Shown: positions 9,769 to 19,989, counted from the stretch's first letter. The stretch: 64,000 bases of DNA from Bdellovibrionota bacterium (GCA_041750195.1 JBGSZX010000031.1:20669-84668); one strand, 5' to 3'. Notes: generated from the letters alone by a model not told the origin. Numbers and translations: made by a program.

Positions 9769-10976
9769 GGCAAAGAGTTCTGGTTTCGGCCGGCGACCCG
9801 TCGGGCGATTTGCTTTTATCGAAAGTCATTGGCCATCTATTTGAGCTTGGTCACGAGCACGGTATTGAATTTGAATTTAAAGGTTTGGCTGGGCCAAAAT
9901 CTGAAAGTGCGGGCGTCAAGCTTTATGGAAGAAGTGAAGATGTGGCCGTTGTCGGACTTACCGAAGTTATTAAAAATCTTCCCAAGATTTTTGGAGTTCT
10001 AGGAGAACTTTCTAAATTGTTACCCGATAGCGATCGGGTGATTTGTGTTGATATGCCGGACTTTAATTTTCGTTTGGCAAAATTTGCAAAGAAGAGATCC
10101 CTTGCGGTCGACTATTTGGTTTGTCCACAAGTGTGGGCATGGAGGGAGGATCGCCTTGAATTAATGCGGAGTTTATTCCGTAGAGTTTATCCGGTGCTTC
10201 CGTTTGAAGAAACTTATTTGAGACAACATGGAATTGATGCTCGCTATTTAGGACACCCCATACGCGATATTTTGCCACCGAGGGCACGTAAACAAAAACG
10301 CGATGAGTTGAGTGTGCCAGATGACGTCTTTGCTATTGCTGTCTTGCCTGGTTCTAGGCATTCCGAATTAAAAAGACATTTGCCAATTTTAATAGATGCA
10401 TGGGTTCTGTTTCAGAAACAGGCAAAGCGACGTCATTTAGATAAATCTTATCGAGCCATTTTACCAATTGCGCGAGGCATGAAGCGTGCCGATTTAGATG
10501 CGCTCTTAAAGGGACGTCATCAAAAATTGTTTAATGAATGGTTAAATTCTAGAGAGTGGCAGCTCCATGATGATGCTTGGTCTGTGATGCAGGCAGCCGA
10601 TTTTGGATGGATTGCTTCTGGAACTGCAACCTTGGAGGCGGCCTATTATCAATTGCCTCATATTTTGTTTTATAGGCTTAGTTGGTTGTCGGCTCGGATC
10701 ATTAGATCGCTGACATCTTATTTTTCTGGAAACGAAGGCATGGCGGGTCTTCCAAATATTTTATTAGAGCGTCGAGTGATCCCCGAGCTTTTACAAGAAA
10801 ATTTAACACCCGAAAGACTGGCAATCGAAAGTATTGAGTTTATTTCGGATACAATTAAAATGACAAATACTAAAAAACAATTGCGCTTTATTCCAAAACG
10901 TTTGGGAGAAGCAGGCGTTGCAAAAAGAATGGCAGAGGATCTTTGGGAGCTATGGGGATTGTCGCAAAAATCATAG
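9765..10976 (+). CDS. lpxB: Lipid-A-disaccharide synthase LpxB
   Basis: The N-terminus VLVSAGDPSGDLLLSKVI and a GT-B fold of about 400 aa match LpxB. TTG start. Confidence 0.85.
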   Translation: MRQRVLVSAGDPSGDLLLSKVIGHLFELGHEHGIEFEFKGLAGPKSESAGVKLYGRSEDVAVVGLTEVIKNLPKIFGVLGELSKLLPDSDRVICVDMPDFNFRLAKFAKKRSLAVDYLVCPQVWAWREDRLELMRSLFRRVYPVLPFEETYLRQHGIDARYLGHPIRDILPPRARKQKRDELSVPDDVFAIAVLPGSRHSELKRHLPILIDAWVLFQKQAKRRHLDKSYRAILPIARGMKRADLDALLKGRHQKLFNEWLNSREWQLHDDAWSVMQAADFGWIASGTATLEAAYYQLPHILFYRLSWLSARIIRSLTSYFSGNEGMAGLPNILLERRVIPELLQENLTPERLAIESIEFISDTIKMTNTKKQLRFIPKRLGEAGVAKRMAEDLWELWGLSQKS

Positions 10977-11983
10977 GTCAGTTCTATGCGGTCGGTCGAG
11001 AAATTGATCGATTACGTAGAGTGCCGCGTTTCGTAAGACAACCTGTGATTTCGGTTGGGAATATTTCGTCTGGTGGGCGGGCAAAAACGCCCATGGTTGT
11101 CGAGCTAATATGGGGATTGCTTCAACGTCGATATGATCCCATCGTGTTGACCCGCGGATATGCACGAAAATCAACCAGTCCCGTATTCTTGGATCGAGAG
11201 GCATTGCACTTTATCGAGACGGGTGAAAAGGTTGCGTTGTCGGAGCTAAGCTCAGAATTGATATTAGATCATGTCGGCGACGAAGCACTCGAGATTTTTG
11301 TTAAAACCGGAGCAAGGCTATTGGTGGGAGCTGATCGACATCGCAATGCCATGTGGTATTTGTCATATGTAGGAGGGTCCGTTTCGGATTTGGTGTTCAT
11401 TCTTGATGACGGATTTCAGCACTGGAAGATGGAACGAGACTTTGATCTAGTTCTCTATTCAAATGAGGATATGAAGGATGACTTACTTCCTTTAGGTCGT
11501 TTACGGGAGAAAGCTTCTGCTCTGGAGCGCGCCGATATTGCGTTGTTACTGGGGCGTGACGTAGAAAAAGTAACTTTGTTCCCTGAAGAGGTGATGGATC
11601 AACCGCCTGTTGTCATTTCTACAAGAGCGCCAGATAAATCATATAGGGCCTTGATAGAGTCTAAATATGGGCAAGGTCTGCGCTTTGTAGAATTAAAGGA
11701 TCATGCGTCGAGAGAGGCTCTCATTTTTAAAATAAAATATTCTCCTCAAAGCAATATAGTGCTCGGTTATAAGGAGGCGGTAAAAATTATTCCTTGGGCG
11801 TTATTGGCAAGTCATGAGGGCCGCCCCTTTATGCGAAGTGATATCATTGAGGGAAAAACTATTTGGGTTCTTGGTCTCAGGCTAAAAGTCACTGATGAGC
11901 CATTGCTCTGGACACATATCGAACACATGCTTGAAATGAAGTATTTTGGAGATGATAGTGATTTTTCGACGGAGGAATTGTGA
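10943..11983 (+). CDS. lpxK: Tetraacyldisaccharide 4'-kinase LpxK
   Basis: P-loop ISVGNISSGGRAKTPMV, 346 aa. The start is probably downstream of 10943, since that ORF overlaps lpxB by 34 nt. Confidence 0.85.
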   Translation: MGAMGIVAKIIGQFYAVGREIDRLRRVPRFVRQPVISVGNISSGGRAKTPMVVELIWGLLQRRYDPIVLTRGYARKSTSPVFLDREALHFIETGEKVALSELSSELILDHVGDEALEIFVKTGARLLVGADRHRNAMWYLSYVGGSVSDLVFILDDGFQHWKMERDFDLVLYSNEDMKDDLLPLGRLREKASALERADIALLLGRDVEKVTLFPEEVMDQPPVVISTRAPDKSYRALIESKYGQGLRFVELKDHASREALIFKIKYSPQSNIVLGYKEAVKIIPWALLASHEGRPFMRSDIIEGKTIWVLGLRLKVTDEPLLWTHIEHMLEMKYFGDDSDFSTEEL

Positions 11984-12972
11984 TCGTCGAAATTCTAGCT
12001 ACTATTTATTATTACGGCTTGATGTTGTTTGGTTGGACTTCGAGGTTGATTCCCTTCACGATCAAGAAGCATTTTGCTTCCTTGATATCTTGGATTTGGT
12101 TTTTGTTTCTACCGTTTCGTCGAAGAGTCATATTGCTCAATCTTGCTTTAGTCTTTCCTCGTAAAAATGAGGAGAGCAACCTGGCTTTTAAAAATCGCTG
12201 CGAAAAAATAGCTCGGGCTAATATTCAACATTATGTTCTTATGTTGCTCGAAGTGTTTGAACGGTTAACATGGTCTCATAAAAAGGCACGTTCAGTTGCT
12301 GATTGGGATCATCGAGAGCGAATGCAAGAACTGGCGGATTCAGGGCGAGGGTTTTTCTTTTTATCTTTGCATCTAGGAAATTGGGAATCATTGACGAGAA
12401 TTGGTTGTGCCGAGGGCCTGCCCCTTACGGTCATCACTCGATTTCTTAGAAATCCTATTATGGACCGAGTGTGGGTGAAGAGTCGAAAACAATTTGGACT
12501 CGAGTTGCTGGCCGAATCTGGCTCAGGGTTTGCGGCCATAAAAAGCGTCAAGAGGGGCCGTGCCTTGGGTTTTATTTCTGATCAGCATACTGGAGAACCT
12601 CATGGGATTGAGGCAAAATTTTTTGGACATCCTGCGTGGTGCCCGAAGGCATTGGCCCTAATGTCTGACAGGCTCAAAGCGCCTGTGCTGCCCATTGTGA
12701 TTGTAAGGAAAATGGATACAGGTCGATGCCAGATTCATGTGAAGAATGTTCTAAGTTTCCCGAAAATCGATTCTGAGTCCCCAGAATTTGATGCTTCCCT
12801 GCGCAGCGGGTCGGGAACTTTGAACAACAAAGGGATAGAATACTTTATTAATGTGACAAACGAGTCGCTTGAAGGATGGGTGCGGGAGTATCCGGAACAA
12901 TATTTATGGATTCACAAAAGATTCAAAAATTTTTTAGATTATTCAAAAGAATCATTACCCTGGGAACTCTAA
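11980..12972 (+). CDS. lpxL: Lipid A biosynthesis secondary (lauroyl/myristoyl) acyltransferase, LpxL/HtrB (LPLAT) family
   Basis: 330 aa with one N-terminal TM and the LPLAT HX4D-like region (SLHLGNWE). It directly follows lpxK. Confidence 0.7.
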   Translation: MIVEILATIYYYGLMLFGWTSRLIPFTIKKHFASLISWIWFLFLPFRRRVILLNLALVFPRKNEESNLAFKNRCEKIARANIQHYVLMLLEVFERLTWSHKKARSVADWDHRERMQELADSGRGFFFLSLHLGNWESLTRIGCAEGLPLTVITRFLRNPIMDRVWVKSRKQFGLELLAESGSGFAAIKSVKRGRALGFISDQHTGEPHGIEAKFFGHPAWCPKALALMSDRLKAPVLPIVIVRKMDTGRCQIHVKNVLSFPKIDSESPEFDASLRSGSGTLNNKGIEYFINVTNESLEGWVREYPEQYLWIHKRFKNFLDYSKESLPWEL

Positions 12973-14012
12973 CTCTTTTGGTGGCAAATTGTGCTACCGA
13001 TTTGAAGAGCGACGCCGACCTGGGAGAAGCGCCTGAAGAATTTGCACAAAAAATTGAAATGGCTAAAATTGCAACGAAACCTGTCCCCTTAGTAATGTCT
13101 CCAGACAAAGAAGCTGATAAAGCTGGCGAAAAACTTGAGCCCGGCAAAGATAAGAAGGTTGTAAGCAAAAAGCCGGCGCCTAGTGTAGACCCCTCTAAAA
13201 AAGAAATTTCAAAGCCAGAGGATACCAAAACAGTGAGCAAAAAAGTTTCGCTATCTCAGTCATGGCCCATTTCGATTGGTGAAAAAATTGTTATGACGTT
13301 ACGTTGGGGTCCTATTGAAGGTGGAATTATTTCTTTAGAGGTCAAAGAACCTAAAGAAATTGAGGGGGCACCTGTTCTTCATTATTCGGGAACCATTAAG
13401 AGCTCAAAAATGCTTCAACTGTTTTATAAAATTGATAACACCATAGATACGTGGGCAAGAATATCGGACCTAGCGCCACTTAGGGAGGAGATCAAACAGC
13501 TGGAGAGTTCGCGCTGGGGACGAAGAGTTTTAATGTTTGAGCCCGAAACGAACGAAGTGAAATATTATGAACACATGACCAAGGAAAATGGTGAAGTTAA
13601 GGAGATCCGAAGAATTGATACCATGCTTGGTGGAGCTCAAGATTTGTTTGGAGCCTTTTATTTTTATCGCTATGTTCAACATTTGAAAGAGGGGTATCGT
13701 TTCCCGATTCATGATAAGGCAAAAAATTGGTTTGCAGAACTTAGGTTTATTGAAAACGAGACCATTCGTGTGCCTGCTGGAATTTATAAGACCAAACATT
13801 ACAAAATATTGCCAAAACTTGAGGGCCAACTTGAGCCCAAAGGCGATATTGATGTTTGGTTGACCGACGATGATAAGAATATTTTGGTGCAATTTAAAGC
13901 GGCTATAAAAATTGGAGCCGTAACAGGTGAAATGGTTGAGTATCAGGAGGGACGTCCCGTTCCGTTCCCACTTCCTGCTTGGAAAACGCCCGTTACAGAA
14001 ATGGGAAAATAG
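12876..14012 (+). CDS. Hypothetical lipoprotein with a Lys/Pro/Glu-rich linker, embedded in the lipid-A/core cluster
   Basis: The likely start is M at 12906 (MDSQKIQKFF...), giving a signal peptide plus lipobox LLVANC. This is followed by a low-complexity linker rich in K, P and E, then a globular domain. No family was recognised. Confidence 0.5.
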   Translation: MGAGVSGTIFMDSQKIQKFFRLFKRIITLGTLTLLVANCATDLKSDADLGEAPEEFAQKIEMAKIATKPVPLVMSPDKEADKAGEKLEPGKDKKVVSKKPAPSVDPSKKEISKPEDTKTVSKKVSLSQSWPISIGEKIVMTLRWGPIEGGIISLEVKEPKEIEGAPVLHYSGTIKSSKMLQLFYKIDNTIDTWARISDLAPLREEIKQLESSRWGRRVLMFEPETNEVKYYEHMTKENGEVKEIRRIDTMLGGAQDLFGAFYFYRYVQHLKEGYRFPIHDKAKNWFAELRFIENETIRVPAGIYKTKHYKILPKLEGQLEPKGDIDVWLTDDDKNILVQFKAAIKIGAVTGEMVEYQEGRPVPFPLPAWKTPVTEMGK

Positions 14013-14862
14013 TTTGGGAAGCCTCATTCCTGTTTCGATTGTAATTTTGACTTTCAATGAGGCGAGTCGTATTCAACGATGTTTAGAAAGTGTGTCAGAG
14101 TTCAAGCAGATCATCATTGTGGACTCATTGTCTACAGACGGCACTCTCGAGAAAGCTCGAAAATTTTGGATTGATAAAGGTTTCGATTCAGGCCGATTGC
14201 ACTTGTATTCAAGAAAATGGCCAGGATTTACAAAAGCTCGAAATGAAAGTGTGGAATGGGCCCAGGAAGATTGGATTTTTTGGGTGGATGCTGATGAATG
14301 GCTCAGTCCAGAATTAATTGAAGAACTTAAGTTAATGACATGGCCATCTGCTAGAGTTTTAAAGATTCAGAGGCAGTCGTTTTTTTTAAATCGGGCCATC
14401 AGACATGGGGGTTGGTTTCCAGACCACAAGAGACGTTTAGCCCCTCGACTTCTAGCTGAGTGGAGACCTGGGCCGAGAAGTGCCGACGTCCATGAGGATT
14501 TGTTTTTGAAATCTGATACGAATCATGAAGAAGCGCAGCTTTGTGACGGCTTTCTTTTCCATGAACCTTTTCGAGATTATGAAGAGCAAGAATCTACCAA
14601 TCAGTATTATTCTTCACTTCTGGCAAAGGGATTGGCCCAAAAATGGAAGTTAAAAGGTGATGTGCCCCCGTCTGACCTGTACATTGCTGTAAAATTTGGA
14701 ATCAAGTTTATTGAAAATTATATTTTTAAGCTTGGTTTTCTTGATGGTTACGCTGGTTGGAAAATTGCTACTGGGTCTGCCATGAGTATGCGCTGGAGAC
14801 TTCAAAAGGCGAGGGCGCTTGCTCTTTCTGACGATAAAACTCATAAAGAGGTGAGTGTATGA
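13927..14862 (+). CDS. Family 2 glycosyltransferase (GT-A fold)
   Basis: SIVILTFNE...IIVDSLSTDGT...VDADE are the GT2 DXD and nucleotide-sugar motifs. The start is probably near 14013, since ORF 13927 overlaps the previous gene. Confidence 0.75.
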   Translation: MKWLSIRRDVPFRSHFLLGKRPLQKWENSLGSLIPVSIVILTFNEASRIQRCLESVSEFKQIIIVDSLSTDGTLEKARKFWIDKGFDSGRLHLYSRKWPGFTKARNESVEWAQEDWIFWVDADEWLSPELIEELKLMTWPSARVLKIQRQSFFLNRAIRHGGWFPDHKRRLAPRLLAEWRPGPRSADVHEDLFLKSDTNHEEAQLCDGFLFHEPFRDYEEQESTNQYYSSLLAKGLAQKWKLKGDVPPSDLYIAVKFGIKFIENYIFKLGFLDGYAGWKIATGSAMSMRWRLQKARALALSDDKTHKEVSV

Positions 14863-15914
14863 AATGGGTTGTTCAAACATCTTTTGTGGGTGATTGTGTG
14901 TTGTCCTTGCCTTTTTTGCATGAACTTTTAAAGCTCTTGGAAATGCAAAACCCTCAAGGACAAATTATTTGGGTGACACAGCCTGGTATTCAGGAACAAA
15001 TGATGGCACTCGCCTTAGAGAGAAGTTTTAACAAAAAACGGTTAAAGGTAATTTTGCGGGTTCTAGATAAAAGGGGGCATGATCGTTCTCTTTTAAAGAC
15101 TTATTCTAAGGTCCGTGGCTGGGCGCGCGCAATGGGAAAACCAGATGAAGTTTATTGTTTGCAAAGAAGTTTTCGATCGGCGTTGGTGGCTTTAGCATCG
15201 GGAGCTGAAGAGCGCATTGGGTTTGGTAGTGGCGCCGCAAGTTTTATGTACACCAAAAGTATCGCAAGATCATGGGATATTGGTGTTCATGAAATCGAAA
15301 AAAATTTAGATTTGCTTCGAGTGAATCACGAGATTTCTTCTTGGGAAGATGAGCCGCGGCCTTCTTTTTTAGGCGCATCTCAACGGCCGATTAGAAAAGT
15401 TGATTGCATCGCTGTGGCGCTAGGCAGTCCGTGGCCCACAAAGCGTTGGCCCGTTGAGCATGTCGCTTCCTATGTTGAACGCATGACTCAAGAAGGTTTT
15501 GAGGTAAATTTAATCGGCGATCCATCCGCTCGGGAAATTGCAGATGCCGTGATCAAAAAGAATGATTCGTTGCTTATAAAAGACCACGTTGGCAAAACTG
15601 GCGCTAAAGATTGGGTGGACCTGATTGACCAATGTGGAGTGCTTGTTAGTGGAGATTCGGCTTCCGTTCATGTGGCATCAGATTTGGGAGTTCCTGTATT
15701 GGCTCTTTTTGGGCCGACCATTCCAGATTTTGGTTTTGCCCCCTGGCGGAGAGGTTCCAGGGTGTTGCAGGTCAAAGACCTACCGTGTCGTCCCTGCGAT
15801 ATTCACGGCCCAAAAAAATGCCCCCTGAGGCATCATCGGTGTTTGGTGGAAATTTCGCCCGAGAGAGTTTTCAGGGAAACAAAAGATCTTTTGGTGGACC
15901 CCCCGAAGATTTGA
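14859..15914 (+). CDS. Family 9 glycosyltransferase (LPS heptosyltransferase-like, WaaC/WaaF/RfaQ family)
   Basis: A GT9 C-terminal motif: CGVLVSGDSASVHVASDLGVPVLALFGPT. Confidence 0.75.
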   Translation: MKWVVQTSFVGDCVLSLPFLHELLKLLEMQNPQGQIIWVTQPGIQEQMMALALERSFNKKRLKVILRVLDKRGHDRSLLKTYSKVRGWARAMGKPDEVYCLQRSFRSALVALASGAEERIGFGSGAASFMYTKSIARSWDIGVHEIEKNLDLLRVNHEISSWEDEPRPSFLGASQRPIRKVDCIAVALGSPWPTKRWPVEHVASYVERMTQEGFEVNLIGDPSAREIADAVIKKNDSLLIKDHVGKTGAKDWVDLIDQCGVLVSGDSASVHVASDLGVPVLALFGPTIPDFGFAPWRRGSRVLQVKDLPCRPCDIHGPKKCPLRHHRCLVEISPERVFRETKDLLVDPPKI

Positions 15915-16007
15915 GGTTAAGTTTCGAATCCATAATTCGCAAGTTTAGCATTAGCTATTTAGCTCAAGTAGCTGAAAATGTAGGTCGAGTTTGTTTGGAT
16001 GGAATGA

Positions 16008-16763
16008 ATGACTTTTAAATTGCTTCAAGGTGGGACCGCTAACATAGATAATTCTACAAAATTTGAGCAACGTCTTCCCGTTGTTGCCATTGATGGACCT
16101 GCAGGAGCGGGGAAAAGCACGGCGGCAAGGATGTTAGCTTATCGCCTTGGATTTTTACTAATCGATACCGGAGCTCTTTATAGGGTTCTTGCTTGGAAGG
16201 CCCTAGAGCAAGATTGTTCACTTATCGATGGAAAAGCTTTGGCAAAGCTTGCTAGCAACTTAGATATTCAGTTTGGTAAGCTTGAAATTCATGATGGGCA
16301 AAACATTCCTATTTTGCCTGTGTATTGTGATGGGCAAGAAGTGACCAAGACAATACGCACTCAGGAACTAGGAATGGCGGCCTCCAATATTTCTAAATTG
16401 CCTGAAGTCAGACAGGCACTTCTGGAATTGCAGAGAAGTTACGGAAAAAATGGCGGCATTGTTATGGAAGGTCGCGATATTGGAACTGTAATTTTTCCGA
16501 AGGCCGAAAAAAAGTTTTATTTAACAGCTTCGGTTGAAAGTCGAGCTCAAAGACGTTGGGAAGAGCTAAGCGCGATCGGTACCGACATTGCCTTGGATCA
16601 AGTTATTCGGGAAACCAAGGCTCGAGACGAACAAGACATGAATAGAGCTGTAGCGCCATTAAAACAGGCCGCAGATGCGATATTGATTGATTCTACTTCT
16701 CGTTCACTCGAGGAGGTTGTTCAGGATATGGCTTCACAAGTTCGCAGTTTCTTACAAGCCTAA
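16008..16763 (+). CDS. cmk: Cytidylate kinase
   Basis: VVAIDGPAGAGKSTAARMLAYRLGFLLIDTGALYR, the P-loop and NMP-binding motifs of Cmk. Confidence 0.9.
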   Translation: MTFKLLQGGTANIDNSTKFEQRLPVVAIDGPAGAGKSTAARMLAYRLGFLLIDTGALYRVLAWKALEQDCSLIDGKALAKLASNLDIQFGKLEIHDGQNIPILPVYCDGQEVTKTIRTQELGMAASNISKLPEVRQALLELQRSYGKNGGIVMEGRDIGTVIFPKAEKKFYLTASVESRAQRRWEELSAIGTDIALDQVIRETKARDEQDMNRAVAPLKQAADAILIDSTSRSLEEVVQDMASQVRSFLQA

Positions 16764-16765
16764 GA

Positions 16766-18403
16766 TTGCGAAGTTCTTTTAAAAATACCTTTGAACAATT
16801 GCGACAATTCGGATGGCTTGATAGCTTTGTTGCTGTGACTATCTATTTATTTGCACACTTTTTGGGGTTATTGCTTGCACTTGGATTTCCTCCCTTCGGA
16901 ATTTGGCCTCTCACATGGCTTGTCGGGGCGGTGGTCGTTTGGTTGTTCTTACAGTCTTTGAGTGAAGAAGCGACCAAGAAGAATCGCAAGCGATTAGCTT
17001 GGAGCTTTTTTAATTTTCATTTTGCAGTCAATCTTTATGGGTTTTACTGGGTATCTTATACGCTTCATGAGTTTGCAGACATGCCGTGGCCAGTTGCGAT
17101 TTTAGTATTTTTGATGGCGATTGCATTGCTGGGAATCGTGCCGTGGTTCATGGGATATTATTGGCAAAGTTTTCATAATTTTGTTTCGACAAAATTAATT
17201 AAGAAACAAAGTCTATGGATAACATGCGCTTCACTGGGACTTTGGCTGTGTTTGTTCGAATGGCTTGATCGACGTGCTTTTCCATGGACTTGGGCTCAAA
17301 GTGTTGGTTCTGACAAATACTTACTTTCTAGTGTTGGTATCTTGGATACTTTGGGCTGGTCCGTATTGTTCTTGTTATTTGTTCTAGTGTTTGGTGCCTG
17401 GATGCAGCTTCAAAAATCTTTTACCTATAAGTTTTTGATGAAAATGCTCGGAGCCTTTGTTTTGTTTTTTTTACCTATGTATGCTTTAGGTGTTTGGCAG
17501 CTCTCTCGAATCCAAAAAGAGTATTCGTTTAGGCAGCCTGTGGCCTTGTTGCAGGGAAATGTTGGTAATTATCAGAAAAAACTTTCAAAGTTACAAGTTG
17601 CTCCAACGGTAAGAAATGTCTTGTCAATTCATCGTGACCTTATTGAGGAAGCCGCTATAAGATTTGAGCAAATTCCCCTGCAAAATAATAGAAAACTTGA
17701 ACCATGGGTCATTTGGCCAGAAACTTCGTTTCCTGGATTTCCCACTCAAAGCATTGATGCGGGTGAGGCTATGAACAATTTTGTTCAGCTCACAGGTGGA
17801 CTTCATATTGTTGGGGCCTATGAAAATGGACCCATCACCTTAGCTGGAAAAGAAAAAATGGTCGACTTTAATGTGGCAGCCTTGTTTCACGTCAAGAGTG
17901 GATTTGTGGATTTGTATCGTAAACGGGTGCGAGTTCCTTTTGGTGAATACATTCCTTTCGATGAATATTTTCCTCAGGCGTATGAGTGGATGCCCAATGT
18001 GAATCACTTCGGAAAAGGTGAACGCTACAACGCTTTGGCTCATCCTGATCCAAAGGGTCCCGTATTCATTCCTCTTGTTTGTTATGAAGTCCTATTTAAA
18101 GATTTTGTGGATGACTTCATAGAACAAGCGCATAAAGATTATCCAGGAAGAGACCTGGTCATCGTTAATTTAACGAATGATTCTTGGTATGGCCCAACGT
18201 CCGAACCGTTTTTACATTCTTTGTTATCACGCTGGTCGGCGGCTAGGGTTAAATTGCCATTGCTTCGACCTACCAATACAGGATTGTCAGAAGTGATTGC
18301 TCCCTGGGGTGAAGAATTGGCCGTAGGGCCGCGCGATGAAGCCTGGGTCATTTTTGGTGAACTGCCAGTGAAAAAACTTCAATGGACTGATTCATTCCAG
18401 TAA
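16766..18403 (+). CDS. lnt: Apolipoprotein N-acyltransferase Lnt
   Basis: 545 aa with a multi-TM N-terminal domain and a C-terminal CN-hydrolase domain (CYEVLF... catalytic Cys region). Confidence 0.85.
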   Translation: MRSSFKNTFEQLRQFGWLDSFVAVTIYLFAHFLGLLLALGFPPFGIWPLTWLVGAVVVWLFLQSLSEEATKKNRKRLAWSFFNFHFAVNLYGFYWVSYTLHEFADMPWPVAILVFLMAIALLGIVPWFMGYYWQSFHNFVSTKLIKKQSLWITCASLGLWLCLFEWLDRRAFPWTWAQSVGSDKYLLSSVGILDTLGWSVLFLLFVLVFGAWMQLQKSFTYKFLMKMLGAFVLFFLPMYALGVWQLSRIQKEYSFRQPVALLQGNVGNYQKKLSKLQVAPTVRNVLSIHRDLIEEAAIRFEQIPLQNNRKLEPWVIWPETSFPGFPTQSIDAGEAMNNFVQLTGGLHIVGAYENGPITLAGKEKMVDFNVAALFHVKSGFVDLYRKRVRVPFGEYIPFDEYFPQAYEWMPNVNHFGKGERYNALAHPDPKGPVFIPLVCYEVLFKDFVDDFIEQAHKDYPGRDLVIVNLTNDSWYGPTSEPFLHSLLSRWSAARVKLPLLRPTNTGLSEVIAPWGEELAVGPRDEAWVIFGELPVKKLQWTDSFQ

Positions 18404-18522
18404 AATTATTGGATAAGTGAATGTAATTTCTTAGGCTTAGTGATTTCTTAACACAATCTTAACCTAATAGGTCTTTATCTATTCTTAACACTTAGGTACT
18501 ATGAGGACTGGGGAACTTTCTT

Positions 18523-19989
18523 TTGAGGGGCAATAGAAAAATTTTTGCAGGGCATTTTTGCTCTGCCATAATTATAATCAGTGTGGCTCAGCTAAGCGTA
18601 CCGCTTTGCGCCTTAGAATCGCCTAAAGAAAAAGACGCCCATCAAAAATCAGAAATTACTAAAACTGAAGTGACTAAAGTTGATGTGGTTAAGGTTGAAG
18701 TAACGGTGGCACCTAAACAGGAAGCTATTTCCCCCGTGGAGCTTGGTGATATTCGTTCTGAACCATTGGACGGACAATACCAATTGGATATACGCATTCC
18801 TGATGCTGGATGCCCCATGGATGAAAAATTAGCTCGAATTATTAAGGCTTGTGTAAAAATAGAACCAAGCCCCATTGGGAACATTGTTCTCGATGCTGGG
18901 CATTTTATTGGATCTAACTCTGACCGTTCTGGGTCAACAAAAGATAATATTCATGAGGGAAACTTGAATATGGCCGTGACTCTCATGTCGCGCGAGATAT
19001 TAAATCAATGCTATAATTTGGGGCCCCAATTTGTAAAATTGATGCGCTACCCCTGGGATACAGAATTCGGCGAATATCATAATAAGGCGTTGGCTCAAAA
19101 CGCGGTTGATAAATGGAAGCCAAACGGGGTTGAATCAACAACTATTGCTAGTTTGTATGAAGGTGATTCCCCTCAGAGAAAGGCATTTGCTAGATTTTTA
19201 TTGGGGAATGGATCCGATGAGATTGAGGAAAAAAGTTCCTATTGGCAAATACATGCTAATCATGCCACGTCTAAAATGGATTTCGAGCATGACGATAAAA
19301 AGTATACAGAGCTAAGTCGAAAAGCTGATCACTTGCTTGCTTTGTACAGTTCGACCTCTGGAAACGAAAAAGACAAGGCAACGGCTGAGGCTGTGATCGA
19401 GCCCATGTTACTGGAGATGTCTCCTACCATAATAAAGATAAGAAAAGCTTTAGAACTTAAAGTAGTTAATCTTCCAGATGGATCTAAAGAGCGAGCAGAA
19501 ATGCAGTCCCGACTTGATTATTTTATGCGTGATGTGAAACCCAAATCACAAAGTGGCTTCTCCCGTGGCGAAGCAAGAGAACTGGCTATGGTTAGTCGGG
19601 ATAACGATTCTAGCTGGAATGGGCTCAAAGCTTCCGTAACCTTAGTCGAAGGCATTTACATGAATGGTTATATGGCTGAACTTGCAAATTATGAAATTGA
19701 GAGAGTCGATAATCTTATTAGAGAAAGAGTTAACTATTACGATGCAATAAAGGATTCCGCGACCCCTGAGATGCTCGAAGCAGCTAAGATAAGCGTGAAA
19801 GACGCCATGAATGGGATGGTTCAGGTTCGTGAAAAAGTTTATGATGCGAAGACGGGCCAATGGGTGATCACTCAAAAAAATGGATATCACGCTCCTATTC
19901 CATATGTCGACTATGCTAGGGGATTGTCACGAGGCATTGCCAACAGTTATAAAGAAGTCTGTGAAAAAGCTGGAGTGAATGCTGGATGA
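18523..19989 (+). CDS. Hypothetical secreted protein (488 aa)
   Basis: TTG start with an N-terminal signal-like hydrophobic segment (IIIISVAQLSVPLCA). No family was recognised. Confidence 0.5.
   Translation: MRGNRKIFAGHFCSAIIIISVAQLSVPLCALESPKEKDAHQKSEITKTEVTKVDVVKVEVTVAPKQEAISPVELGDIRSEPLDGQYQLDIRIPDAGCPMDEKLARIIKACVKIEPSPIGNIVLDAGHFIGSNSDRSGSTKDNIHEGNLNMAVTLMSREILNQCYNLGPQFVKLMRYPWDTEFGEYHNKALAQNAVDKWKPNGVESTTIASLYEGDSPQRKAFARFLLGNGSDEIEEKSSYWQIHANHATSKMDFEHDDKKYTELSRKADHLLALYSSTSGNEKDKATAEAVIEPMLLEMSPTIIKIRKALELKVVNLPDGSKERAEMQSRLDYFMRDVKPKSQSGFSRGEARELAMVSRDNDSSWNGLKASVTLVEGIYMNGYMAELANYEIERVDNLIRERVNYYDAIKDSATPEMLEAAKISVKDAMNGMVQVREKVYDAKTGQWVITQKNGYHAPIPYVDYARGLSRGIANSYKEVCEKAGVNAG

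Noticed and set aside
15905-15935. tRNA T-arm-like string gtttcgaatcc in the GT9-cmk intergenic region
   Set aside because: There is no acceptor, D or anticodon-stem complementarity around it and one base too many in the loop. It is not a tRNA.
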